Below, piece by piece: positions 7,754 through 16,035 of a stretch of DNA of 64,000 nt (position 1 is its first letter; every line of letters starts with the position of its first letter). Location of the stretch: positions 2,224 through 66,223 of the forward strand of contig URBX01000003.1 in assembly GCA_900546175.1 (NCBI GenBank), written 5' to 3'. This stretch comes from an uncultured Eggerthella sp. (GTDB lineage Bacteria > Actinomycetota > Coriobacteriia > Coriobacteriales > Eggerthellaceae). The position numbers and the translations under genes were made by a program. The notes beneath the pieces were generated by a model that was not told where the DNA came from, did no database searches, and was given only the letters and a program-made list of their open reading frames with translations.

Positions 7754-8704
7754 CTAGAACTCGATGTCAATCTTAAAGAACTGACGTTGCTCGTTTTTGA
7801 ATTCTCCCTTGATGTCTACGTTAGCTTCGGCATCAAGCTTTTCGAGTACAGCGTTCACCTTTGCTGCTGCGTTTGCGGTCATGCTGGCATTTGAGCTGTT
7901 CTTGATCACCCTGTGATACTCATGAATCTTGTTGTCGCTCTCTTCGTCACACCTTGCACGTACGAGCTGCGTGATCTCTGCGCTTTCCGCATACCACTTC
8001 AGCTTCGGTTCGACAGGCGTACTACTGCCCTTGAACGACTGGGAAACTACAGCCTTCTTCTCAACGACCTTTAGGGCCTCGGCACTCATCTCTCCAGTCT
8101 CGGAGCAGTTGATGTCTACCTCCTTGGCTTCCGCCTTGGCCTTACGGGCGAGTCCGCCTTTGCCGACCTTAACCTTCTTTGCATATTCATAGGTCTCGAT
8201 GGTGCACTTCTTAGCGCCGAGCGAGTAAGCAATCTCGAACAACTCTGCGCGTCTTTCATCTTGCATGGTGTCAAAGAACTTGTCTATGTTGACGTAGCGC
8301 GTTCCGAACTTGTCTACATAGTAAATCGACCAGCTTTCGGCATGAGGGTAGAACTGAATGCCGCTTCGTTCCACTTCTCTTTCGTAGAGGTGGAGAACGG
8401 TTACGCCAGCGGCCCTGCTAATCCAGCCGATAGCTCCCTCCATAACATCAACGCTTTCCCTTGAGCCGTTGTCTACAATGGTGATCAGCTTGGGCATTTG
8501 GAAGTTAGGGGCTTCAAAATCTGTGCGGCTGATCGGGTTGTAGTACCTCTTCTTAGCCTTCATTAGCTCGCCGGATGCGCCTTCCGCGACGTTGTGCGCG
8601 GTGTTGGAAGCCAACTCAACGGCGCGACCGCTAATCTCTTTCGTTTTTTCAGCGGCTCTTGAGGCGGACTTCCTGATAATATTGCTGGGATTCTCTTTCG
8701 CCAT
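7754..8704 (-). CDS. Hypothetical protein (316 aa), no recognisable domain
   Basis: Long ORF with lower GC than its flanks, opposite strand to its neighbours, Lys/Glu-rich central region. Confidence 0.5.
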   Translation of the reverse strand: MAKENPSNIIRKSASRAAEKTKEISGRAVELASNTAHNVAEGASGELMKAKKRYYNPISRTDFEAPNFQMPKLITIVDNGSRESVDVMEGAIGWISRAAGVTVLHLYEREVERSGIQFYPHAESWSIYYVDKFGTRYVNIDKFFDTMQDERRAELFEIAYSLGAKKCTIETYEYAKKVKVGKGGLARKAKAEAKEVDINCSETGEMSAEALKVVEKKAVVSQSFKGSSTPVEPKLKWYAESAEITQLVRARCDEESDNKIHEYHRVIKNSSNASMTANAAAKVNAVLEKLDAEANVDIKGEFKNEQRQFFKIDIEF

Positions 8705-9186
8705 CTCTCCCCCTTCCTTGGAACGATGCTAATTATATTTCCGATTTGTTCCTGATAGGGGATGTATTTTTCGCGTGGCAACTTCGTAGCAAATGAGAAG
8801 ACCCCAGCGGCTGGCGTGCTGCTGAGGTCTATAAATCACTACTTCAGGATGACTTCGGCTTCCTGAAAGAGACGCTCGAAGTGCTCGCGGGTTCTGGTTG
8901 ATGCATGCGGTGATATTGCGTCTTCGGGGTCGTTGTCCATGGGCTCGAGGAAGTCAGACTGATTGCCCGCATGGCGAGGACTCGGCTTCACGCCCACCGC
9001 CCCGCTAATCCGACGTGTCAGGCGGACCTGCTCCCCCTCCGCTGTCCAATACGCGGGACACGCAAACCACCTGCAACTATTTACGATACAAATGGGCGTA
9101 TATTAGCTGATGGCTAAGGACTTTTCCTGCTCGATGATATACTTTCATTTGTATTGCATTCCGCAAACGAAACGTAAGGAATAGCG

Positions 9187-9396
9187 ATGAGCTACAAGGA
9201 ACTGATCAAGAGCGGCGCCGACGCGACCGACATCCAGCAATATCTGGTTGATGGCGAGATGACCGCCATCACCATCCGCATCCCGAAGAATCTTCGGGAT
9301 AGCGCTAAAGAAGCCGCAGAGCTTCGTGGAATGAGCTTCAGCACGTTGATCCGCAAGTGCATGATTGACGAGCTTTCGAATATCGAGAGGGGCTAG
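9187..9396 (+). CDS. Small ribbon-helix-helix (CopG/Arc-like) protein upstream of hsdM
   Basis: ITIRIPKNLRDSAKEAAELRGMSFSTLIRKCMIDEL: beta-strand plus two helices typical of RHH DNA-binding proteins; its stop is 1 nt before the hsdM ATG. Confidence 0.5.
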   Translation: MSYKELIKSGADATDIQQYLVDGEMTAITIRIPKNLRDSAKEAAELRGMSFSTLIRKCMIDELSNIERG

Positions 9397-9397
9397 C

Positions 9398-10978
9398 ATG
9401 GCTGACACCACTAAGGAACAGCAGCGCGCCGAGCTGCACAAAACAATCTGGTCCATCGCCGACGACTTGCGCGGCAGCGTGGACGGTTGGGACTTCAAGC
9501 AATACATCCTATGCACGCTCTTCTACCGCTTCGTGAGCGAGAACCTTTGCGCCTACCTTGCCGAGCAGGAAGGTGACCCCTCCTTCGACTACGCTTCCAT
9601 GCCTGACGACCAAGCCGAGTGGGGTCGCGAGGAGACCGTCAAGGAGAAAGGTTTCTTCATCCTTCCCAGCGAGCTATTCTGCAACATCCTCAAGCGCGTG
9701 GACAAGGACGGCATGCGCCTGACCGAGGATGGGCAGGACCTCAACGAGCTGCTGACCCAGGTATTTAAGAATATCGAGGGTTCTGCTGTTGGCACGGAGT
9801 CTGAGGGCGACCTCAAGGGCCTGTTCGACGACATGGACGTCAACAGCGCCAAGCTAGGCAACTCGGTCATCGAGCGCAACAAGAAGCTGGTGAAGCTCAT
9901 CTCCAAGATCGGCTCGCTGGACTTCGGCGGTGCCTTCCAGGACAACTCCATCGACGCCTTCGGCGACGCCTACGAGTTCCTCATGACCATGTACGCCTCC
10001 AACGCCGGCAAGTCCGGTGGCGAGTTCTTCACCCCGCAGGAGGTGGGCGAGCTTTTGGCGCGTATTGCCATCGGCGATCGCAAGAGCGTGAACAAGGTAT
10101 ACGACCCTTGCTGCGGCAGCGGTGGCCTGCTGTTGAAGTTTGCAAAGATCCTGGGCAAGGAAAACGTGCGCGGCGGATACTTTGGCCAGGAGATCAACCT
10201 GACCACCTACAACCTTGCCCGCATCAATATGTTCCTGCACGACGTGAACTTCGATAAGTTCGATATTGCGTTGGGCGATACACTCAAGGAGCCCGCCCAT
10301 TGGGACGATGAGCCATTTGATGCCATTGTTTCGAATCCGCCCTACTCCATCAAGTGGGAAGGCAAGGGCAACCCCCTCAACATCAACGACGCTCGCTTCA
10401 GTCCCGCAGGAGTTTTGGCGCCCGCCAGCAAGGCGGACCTAGCCTTCACCATGCACATGCTGAGCTGGCTTAGCACTGAGGGCACAGCCGCCATCGTCGA
10501 GTTCCCCGGCGTGCTCTACCGTGGAGGTGCCGAGGGTAAGATCCGCGATTATATGGTGCGCAACAACTTTGTCGAGGCGGTCATCCAGCTTCCGGCTGAC
10601 CTGTTCTTTGGTACCACCATTGCTACTTGCATCATCGTGCTTAAGAAGAACAAGAACGCAAGCAATGTGCTGTTCATCGACGCCAGCGAGCAGTTCGAGC
10701 GCCGCGACTCCAAGAACAAGCTGATGCCCGCTAACATCGACCGCATCATGGACGCAATCGCTGCGCGCGCAGAGGAGGATCACTTCTCCAAGCTGGTTTC
10801 CAATGACGAGATCTTGACAAACGACGCCAACCTGTCCGTTAGCTCTTACGTCGAGAAGAAGGACGAACGCGAGGAAATCGATATCGCCGAGCTCAATGCA
10901 GAAATCAAACGCATCGTAGCGCGTGAGCAGGAACTGCGCGAAAAAATTGACGCCATCGTGGCCAACTTGGAAGGCTAG
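9398..10978 (+). CDS. hsdM: Type I restriction-modification system, DNA methyltransferase subunit M
   Basis: N6-adenine MTase motif I DPCCGSGGLL and motif IV NPPYSIKW; HsdM N-terminal domain; start chosen at MADTTKEQQ with RBS GAGAGGGG. Confidence 0.92.
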   Translation: MADTTKEQQRAELHKTIWSIADDLRGSVDGWDFKQYILCTLFYRFVSENLCAYLAEQEGDPSFDYASMPDDQAEWGREETVKEKGFFILPSELFCNILKRVDKDGMRLTEDGQDLNELLTQVFKNIEGSAVGTESEGDLKGLFDDMDVNSAKLGNSVIERNKKLVKLISKIGSLDFGGAFQDNSIDAFGDAYEFLMTMYASNAGKSGGEFFTPQEVGELLARIAIGDRKSVNKVYDPCCGSGGLLLKFAKILGKENVRGGYFGQEINLTTYNLARINMFLHDVNFDKFDIALGDTLKEPAHWDDEPFDAIVSNPPYSIKWEGKGNPLNINDARFSPAGVLAPASKADLAFTMHMLSWLSTEGTAAIVEFPGVLYRGGAEGKIRDYMVRNNFVEAVIQLPADLFFGTTIATCIIVLKKNKNASNVLFIDASEQFERRDSKNKLMPANIDRIMDAIAARAEEDHFSKLVSNDEILTNDANLSVSSYVEKKDEREEIDIAELNAEIKRIVAREQELREKIDAIVANLEG

Positions 10979-10983
10979 TCAAA

Positions 10984-11796
10984 ATGGGAAATAAAGAAAC
11001 GCAGGCAGCTCACGAGCTAGCTATCCTCAACCATCTTAAACAGCTTTTATGCGAAGGATACAATCTGAAGCATTATTTTGCCTGCTCTCAAGATGATGTT
11101 GAATCCATCAAGGCGGCTCTTCTTTCGGCTGAACAGAATCAAGAAACCACTTTTCCTGATTTCTCTGCTGAGGCTTGCTGCATTGAGCTATTTGCTATTT
11201 CGTCTTCTGAGCAAGGAAAGAAATGCGGACCGCTTCAATCAAAGCAAGATGGCGACCTTCAGAGGACAATTGCCAATGATGATGAAAGGACGGCATTGGC
11301 CAAAAACGGCCAGACTCGCGTTTACACCCAAGTTCATCCCCAGCATAGCTACGAACATCTTTCCCGATCTCTGAGGGAAAACTTCGGGAGTCATCTGAAT
11401 AGCTTACGTCGATCTAAAAATGAATATCTGACAAGGATTTTCGTAGTCGAATATCCAGAAACCGACCTTCACTGCTTTTTTAGTCCAGATTCTGATTTGA
11501 GGTACGAAGGTCTCTGTATGGGTGATTTTACTGCCGAGTATTCTAATGGAAGAGATAACGGATTATATCGCTTGAGCAGGGATAAAGAGAATCTTAACTG
11601 GCTTGGTGAATACGCTGATGAGGTTGATTACGTAATTTTCCACGGAGTGCATTCCGTGGAAGTGATAAACCTGCACAACGTGGGACAAATAACAGGATTC
11701 CTTCCATGGCGCATGCGTTCTTATCCGGCGATGGCTATAACATATGCAACCTCAATCTTTCTAGGGTCGTTCGAGAAAGGCTCAAATAATGAATAG
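10984..11796 (+). CDS. Unknown 270-aa protein embedded between hsdM and hsdS; candidate RM-associated accessory/defence gene
   Basis: Starts 5 nt after the hsdM stop and its stop overlaps the hsdS ATG (ATGAATAG); visibly lower GC than the flanking hsd genes; no Walker, HNH or other clear motif; weak R-x5-H (RENFGSH) noted. Confidence 0.6.
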   Translation: MGNKETQAAHELAILNHLKQLLCEGYNLKHYFACSQDDVESIKAALLSAEQNQETTFPDFSAEACCIELFAISSSEQGKKCGPLQSKQDGDLQRTIANDDERTALAKNGQTRVYTQVHPQHSYEHLSRSLRENFGSHLNSLRRSKNEYLTRIFVVEYPETDLHCFFSPDSDLRYEGLCMGDFTAEYSNGRDNGLYRLSRDKENLNWLGEYADEVDYVIFHGVHSVEVINLHNVGQITGFLPWRMRSYPAMAITYATSIFLGSFEKGSNNE

Positions 11797-12937
11797 CATT
11801 GAAGGACTAATCGAACGGCTCTGTCCTGATGGGGTGGAATATAAGCCCCTAAGATCTATTGCCAAGATAGTTGGAGGTAAGGACTACAAACACCTTGCTG
11901 CAGGAAGTGTGCCTGTATATGGAAGCGGTGGCGTGATGACCTATGTCGATACTGCCGCATACGATAAACCTTCTGTCTTGCTTCCGCGTAAGGGGTCAAT
12001 TTCAAACGTGTTCTATGTTGATGGGCCGTTTTGGAATGTTGATACGGTTTTTTATACAGAAATTGACGAGTCACAAATAATGCCAAGATTCTTCTTTCAC
12101 GTGATTCTTGCCGAGCATATTGAGAAGTTAAACACATCAAACGCAGCGCGCCCTGCTTTGACGAGAACAGTGTTAGATAAGATTCAAATCCCTGTTCCTC
12201 CTCTAGAAGTCCAAGAAGAGATAGTGCGAATTCTCGATACCTTTTCAGAGCTAGAAGCAGAGCTAGAAGCAGAGCTAGAAGCAGAGCTAGAGGCGCGCAA
12301 GGCGCAGTATGCCTACTACCGTAGCAATATCCTCGGCAGGTGCGCCGACAAGGTTGCTCTTGGAAGTATTTGCAAATCGGTTTGCTCTGGTGGGACACCC
12401 AACAAAAAGAATCCTGAATACTACGAGAACGCTACTATTCCTTGGCTTCGAACGCAGCAGGTTGCGTTCAATGAGATATTCGAGGTCGACTCCTTCATCT
12501 CTGAAGCCGGATTGAAGGGCTCTTCTGCAAAGTGGATTCCTGCTAATTGCGTGATTGTCGCAATCTCTGGAGCAACCGCTGGGCGATGCGCGATCAATAA
12601 GATTCCGCTAACGACAAACCAACACTGTCTGAACATGGAAATTGATGAAGCTGTTGCAGACTACAGGTATGTTTACCACTGCGTCTGCAATCAAAACGAG
12701 GAGCTTCTTTCAAAGAAAGAGGGTGCTCGCGGAGATTTGAATGCTTCGCGAATCAAGAGTCTCGAAATTCCTCTGCCTTCTCTGGAAGAGCAGCGTTCCA
12801 TTGTGGAGATACTCGACAATTTCGACAAACTTTGTGGAGATATCACGCAGGGTCTTCCCGCGGAAATCGAGGCGCGCCGCAAGCAGTATGCCTACTATCG
12901 CGACAAGCTCCTGACCTTCAAGGAGAAGAAAGCATGA
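11789..12937 (+). CDS. hsdS: Type I restriction-modification system, specificity subunit S
   Basis: Two target-recognition domains separated by a conserved central region; two repeated conserved segments (ELEARKAQYAYYRSNIL and EIEARRKQYAYYRDKLL) typical of the HsdS internal duplication. Confidence 0.9.
   Translation: MNSIEGLIERLCPDGVEYKPLRSIAKIVGGKDYKHLAAGSVPVYGSGGVMTYVDTAAYDKPSVLLPRKGSISNVFYVDGPFWNVDTVFYTEIDESQIMPRFFFHVILAEHIEKLNTSNAARPALTRTVLDKIQIPVPPLEVQEEIVRILDTFSELEAELEAELEAELEARKAQYAYYRSNILGRCADKVALGSICKSVCSGGTPNKKNPEYYENATIPWLRTQQVAFNEIFEVDSFISEAGLKGSSAKWIPANCVIVAISGATAGRCAINKIPLTTNQHCLNMEIDEAVADYRYVYHCVCNQNEELLSKKEGARGDLNASRIKSLEIPLPSLEEQRSIVEILDNFDKLCGDITQGLPAEIEARRKQYAYYRDKLLTFKEKKA
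12248..12295 (+). repeat. In-frame 12-bp tandem repeat (GAGCTAGAAGCA x3 plus GAGCTAGAGGCG) encoding ELEA x4 in the hsdS central conserved region
   Basis: Read directly from the sequence: SELEAELEAELEAELEARKAQYAYY. Confidence 0.85.
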
Positions 12938-15900
12938 GCGAATTCGAATACGGACATACGAAGGTTCCAGAGCCGCAGAATACCGCCTCGTTGGCGGATG
13001 ATTTGCCTAGCAACGTCGACTTTGACGTCATGGCTTTTGGCGGTCAGGCGACAGTCTGTTCCGCGCTGCCGAAGCAGCAGAAACGCTCAACATCGTATCA
13101 GTCAGAAGCCCAACTGGAGGACGCTTTCATAAAGCAGCTCTGCCGTCAGGGCTACGAGAGACTCGTCATCTCCAGCGAAGGTGACCTTATTGCCAACCTG
13201 CGTAGGCAGCTCGAGGCCTTGAACCGCATCTCCTTCTCCGACAAGGAGTGGTCCCGCCTGTTCAAGGGATGGATCGCCGCGGACAACGACGGCATCGTCG
13301 AGAAGACCCGCCGCATCCAGCGCGACCACGTCTACGCCCTGCAGATGGATGACGGATCCGTGCGCAACGTCTCCCTCATCGACAAGCGCAACGTGCACAA
13401 CAACCGCATGCAGGTGATGAACCAGTACACCCAGGAAGGGACCTACGAGAACCGCTACGACGTGACGGTACTGGTGAACGGCCTGCCGCTCGTGCACATC
13501 GAGCTCAAGCGCCGCGGCGTTGCCATCCAGGAGGCCTTCAACCAGATCGAGCGCTACCAGCGCGACAGCTTCTGGTCCGGCTGCGGCCTGTACGAGTACG
13601 TGCAGATCTTCGTTATCTCCAACGGAACCCACACCAAGTACTACTCCAACACCACGCGCTTTTCCGCCATCGGGGAGCGAGCCGGCAAGAAGACCCGCGG
13701 CAAGAAGACTTCCAACAGCTTCAAGTTCACCAGCTGGTGGGCCGATGCTGACAATATGCCCATCTTCGACCTGGTGCCCTTCACCGCCACCTTCTTCGCC
13801 AAGCACGCGCTGCTGAACATCCTCACGAAGTACTGCGTCTTCGACGTGGACGAGAAGCTACTAGTCATGCGCCCGTACCAGATCGTGGCCACCGAGCGCA
13901 TATTGAACCGCATCCTCATCAGCGAAAACGACAAGTCCATGCTGGGCACCCTGCGTGCCGGCGGCTACATCTGGCACAGCACGGGATCGGGAAAGACGCT
14001 CACCAGCTTCAAGACCGCACAGCTCGCCAGCCAGATGGCAGGCGTGGACAAGGTCATGTTCGTGGTGGACCGCAAGGACCTGGACTACCAGACCATGCGC
14101 GAGTACGACCGCTTCGAAAAGGGTGCTGTGGACGGCAGCGAGTCCACGGCCGTACTGTCCAGGCAGCTTGCCGACCCGGACTGCCGCATCCTGGTGACCA
14201 CCATCCAGAAGCTCTCCTGCTTCATCAAGAAGAACAATAAGCACGACGTCTATGCGCAGCACTGCGTCATCATCTTCGACGAGTGCCACCGTAGCCAGTT
14301 TGGCGACATGCACGTGGCCATAACCAGGCACTTCAAGAACTACCACCTGTTCGGCTTCACCGGCACGCCGATCTTTGCGGAAAACGCCAGCAGCGGCAAA
14401 GTGGCAAACTTGAGAACCACCGAGCAGGCCTTCGGCGACAAGCTGCACACCTACACCATCGTGGACGCCATACGCGACGAAAACGTGCTGCCGTTCAGGG
14501 TGGACTACATCAAGACCATCCGGGAGCGCGACCAGTACGAAGACCAGAAGGTCTACGACATCTACCGCGAGGGCGCCTACAAGGCAGCTGCTCGCGTGGA
14601 CCTGATTACCAACTACATCCTTGACCACTACGCTCAGAAGACCAAGCGCACGAGCAGCTACGACTTCAAGGGCCAGCGCGTCATGGGCTTCAACTCCATT
14701 TTCGCCACAGCCTCCATCGACATGGCGAAGGTGTACTATTCTGCCTTCAAGCGCATCCAGGCCGAGCGCGCCGGCGAGAAGCTGAAGGTTGCCCTCATCT
14801 ACAGCTTCGGCCCCAACGAGTCCGACGATGGCTGCGGCCTTCCTGATGAGAGCTTCGACGTGGCCAGCCTGGACACCCCGAGCCGCGACTTCCTGGAGGC
14901 CGCCATCGGCGACTACAACGCCATGTTCGCAACCAGTTTCGACACGAGCTCGCAGGGCTTTCAGAACTACTACAAGGACCTGTCGGACCGCATGAAGAAG
15001 CGCCAGGTGGATTTGACTATCGTGGTCAACATGTTCCTCACCGGCTTCGACGCTACCACCTTGAACACGCTCTGGGTGGACAAGGACCTCAAAGACCATG
15101 GCCTCATCCAGGCCTTCAGCCGTACCAACCGCATCCTCAACTCCGTAAAGACCTACGGAAACATCGTGTGCTTCCGCAACCTGGAGGACCGCGTGAGCCA
15201 CGCCATCAGCCTGTTCGGCGACAAGGAGGCGGGCGGCGTGGTGCTGCTCAAGCCCTATGCTGAGTACCTTGCCGAGTACAACGACCGCCTGGACCAGCTG
15301 CGAGAGCAGTTCCCGCTTGAGGCGATTCTTTCCGGTGCCGTCATCATGGGCGAGGAACAGCAGAAGGCGTTCATCCGGCTGTTCGGCGTGATCTTGCGCC
15401 TGCGCAACATCCTCACCGCCTTCGACGACTTTGCCGAGGACGATTCTCTGAGCCCGCGCGACGAGCAGGACTATCGCAGCGTCTACACCGATTTGTACCA
15501 GAAATGGCGCGGGGAGAAGGAGGACGCCACCATCATCAACGACGATCTCGTCTTCGAGATCGAGCTTCTGAAGCAGGTCGACATCAACATCGACTACATC
15601 TTGATGCTGGTGCAGAAGTACCACGACTCCAACTGCACCGACAAGGTAATCATTGGTGACATCGAACGCGCCATCTCCGCCAGCTACGAGCTGCGCAACA
15701 AGCGCGACCTCATCCATGCGTTCATGGACAGCCTTGTCTCCAGCAACGACGTCGCAGCCGACTGGGAGAAGTACGTGGCAGAAGCCAAGGAGCGCGAGCT
15801 CTCTGCGATCATCGCCGAGGAGGCCTTGGACGAGGCTGCTACACGCGAGCTGATGGCCAACGCCTTCGCTGACGGAGGAGTTCCCGAGAGCGGCACCGAG

Positions 15901-16026
15901 GTGGCAAACCTGATGACCAAGAAGCCGAGCCGATTCGCTCCGGCAAACGCATACGCAGACATGAAGGCCCGAGTGCTTGAACGCTTGAAAGGGTTCTTTG
16001 AGCGATTTAGTGGATTAGGGAAATAG
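12934..16026 (+). CDS. hsdR: Type I restriction-modification system, restriction endonuclease subunit R
   Basis: SF2 helicase motifs HSTGSGKTLTSF (Walker A) and IIFDECHRSQ (DEAH box); about 1030 aa; its ATG overlaps the hsdS stop (ATGA). Confidence 0.92.
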   Translation: MSEFEYGHTKVPEPQNTASLADDLPSNVDFDVMAFGGQATVCSALPKQQKRSTSYQSEAQLEDAFIKQLCRQGYERLVISSEGDLIANLRRQLEALNRISFSDKEWSRLFKGWIAADNDGIVEKTRRIQRDHVYALQMDDGSVRNVSLIDKRNVHNNRMQVMNQYTQEGTYENRYDVTVLVNGLPLVHIELKRRGVAIQEAFNQIERYQRDSFWSGCGLYEYVQIFVISNGTHTKYYSNTTRFSAIGERAGKKTRGKKTSNSFKFTSWWADADNMPIFDLVPFTATFFAKHALLNILTKYCVFDVDEKLLVMRPYQIVATERILNRILISENDKSMLGTLRAGGYIWHSTGSGKTLTSFKTAQLASQMAGVDKVMFVVDRKDLDYQTMREYDRFEKGAVDGSESTAVLSRQLADPDCRILVTTIQKLSCFIKKNNKHDVYAQHCVIIFDECHRSQFGDMHVAITRHFKNYHLFGFTGTPIFAENASSGKVANLRTTEQAFGDKLHTYTIVDAIRDENVLPFRVDYIKTIRERDQYEDQKVYDIYREGAYKAAARVDLITNYILDHYAQKTKRTSSYDFKGQRVMGFNSIFATASIDMAKVYYSAFKRIQAERAGEKLKVALIYSFGPNESDDGCGLPDESFDVASLDTPSRDFLEAAIGDYNAMFATSFDTSSQGFQNYYKDLSDRMKKRQVDLTIVVNMFLTGFDATTLNTLWVDKDLKDHGLIQAFSRTNRILNSVKTYGNIVCFRNLEDRVSHAISLFGDKEAGGVVLLKPYAEYLAEYNDRLDQLREQFPLEAILSGAVIMGEEQQKAFIRLFGVILRLRNILTAFDDFAEDDSLSPRDEQDYRSVYTDLYQKWRGEKEDATIINDDLVFEIELLKQVDINIDYILMLVQKYHDSNCTDKVIIGDIERAISASYELRNKRDLIHAFMDSLVSSNDVAADWEKYVAEAKERELSAIIAEEALDEAATRELMANAFADGGVPESGTEVANLMTKKPSRFAPANAYADMKARVLERLKGFFERFSGLGK

Positions 16027-16035
16027 AGAGCAAGA

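Noticed and set aside
7325-7894. 189-aa plus-strand ORF in the repeat-rich gap
   Set aside because: It has no RBS and an odd Cys/Ser/Thr-rich composition. It also overlaps the 3' end of the 7754-8704 gene. It is probably non-coding.
4241-9190. Intact prophage
   Set aside because: Only a regulatory module (XRE/ImmA) and a few MGE-type ORFs are present. There are no integrase, terminase, capsid or tail genes, so it was treated as a remnant.
9854-10300. 148-aa minus-strand ORF inside hsdM
   Set aside because: It is antisense to the methyltransferase catalytic region and is a high-GC artefact.
12248-12295. Possible CRISPR-like repeat
   Set aside because: The units are 12 bp, contiguous, and sit in frame inside hsdS as a coding tandem repeat. 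There are no spacers, and no CRISPR array was seen anywhere in the window.
13861-15717. 618-aa ORF on the minus strand
   Set aside because: It lies entirely antisense to hsdR, which has clear helicase motifs. High-GC DNA produces long stop-free antisense frames. Its composition (Ala/Val/Gly/Leu/Asp-rich, no motifs) is typical of that artefact. The same applies to 13102-13806 (minus) and 13520-13816 (plus).
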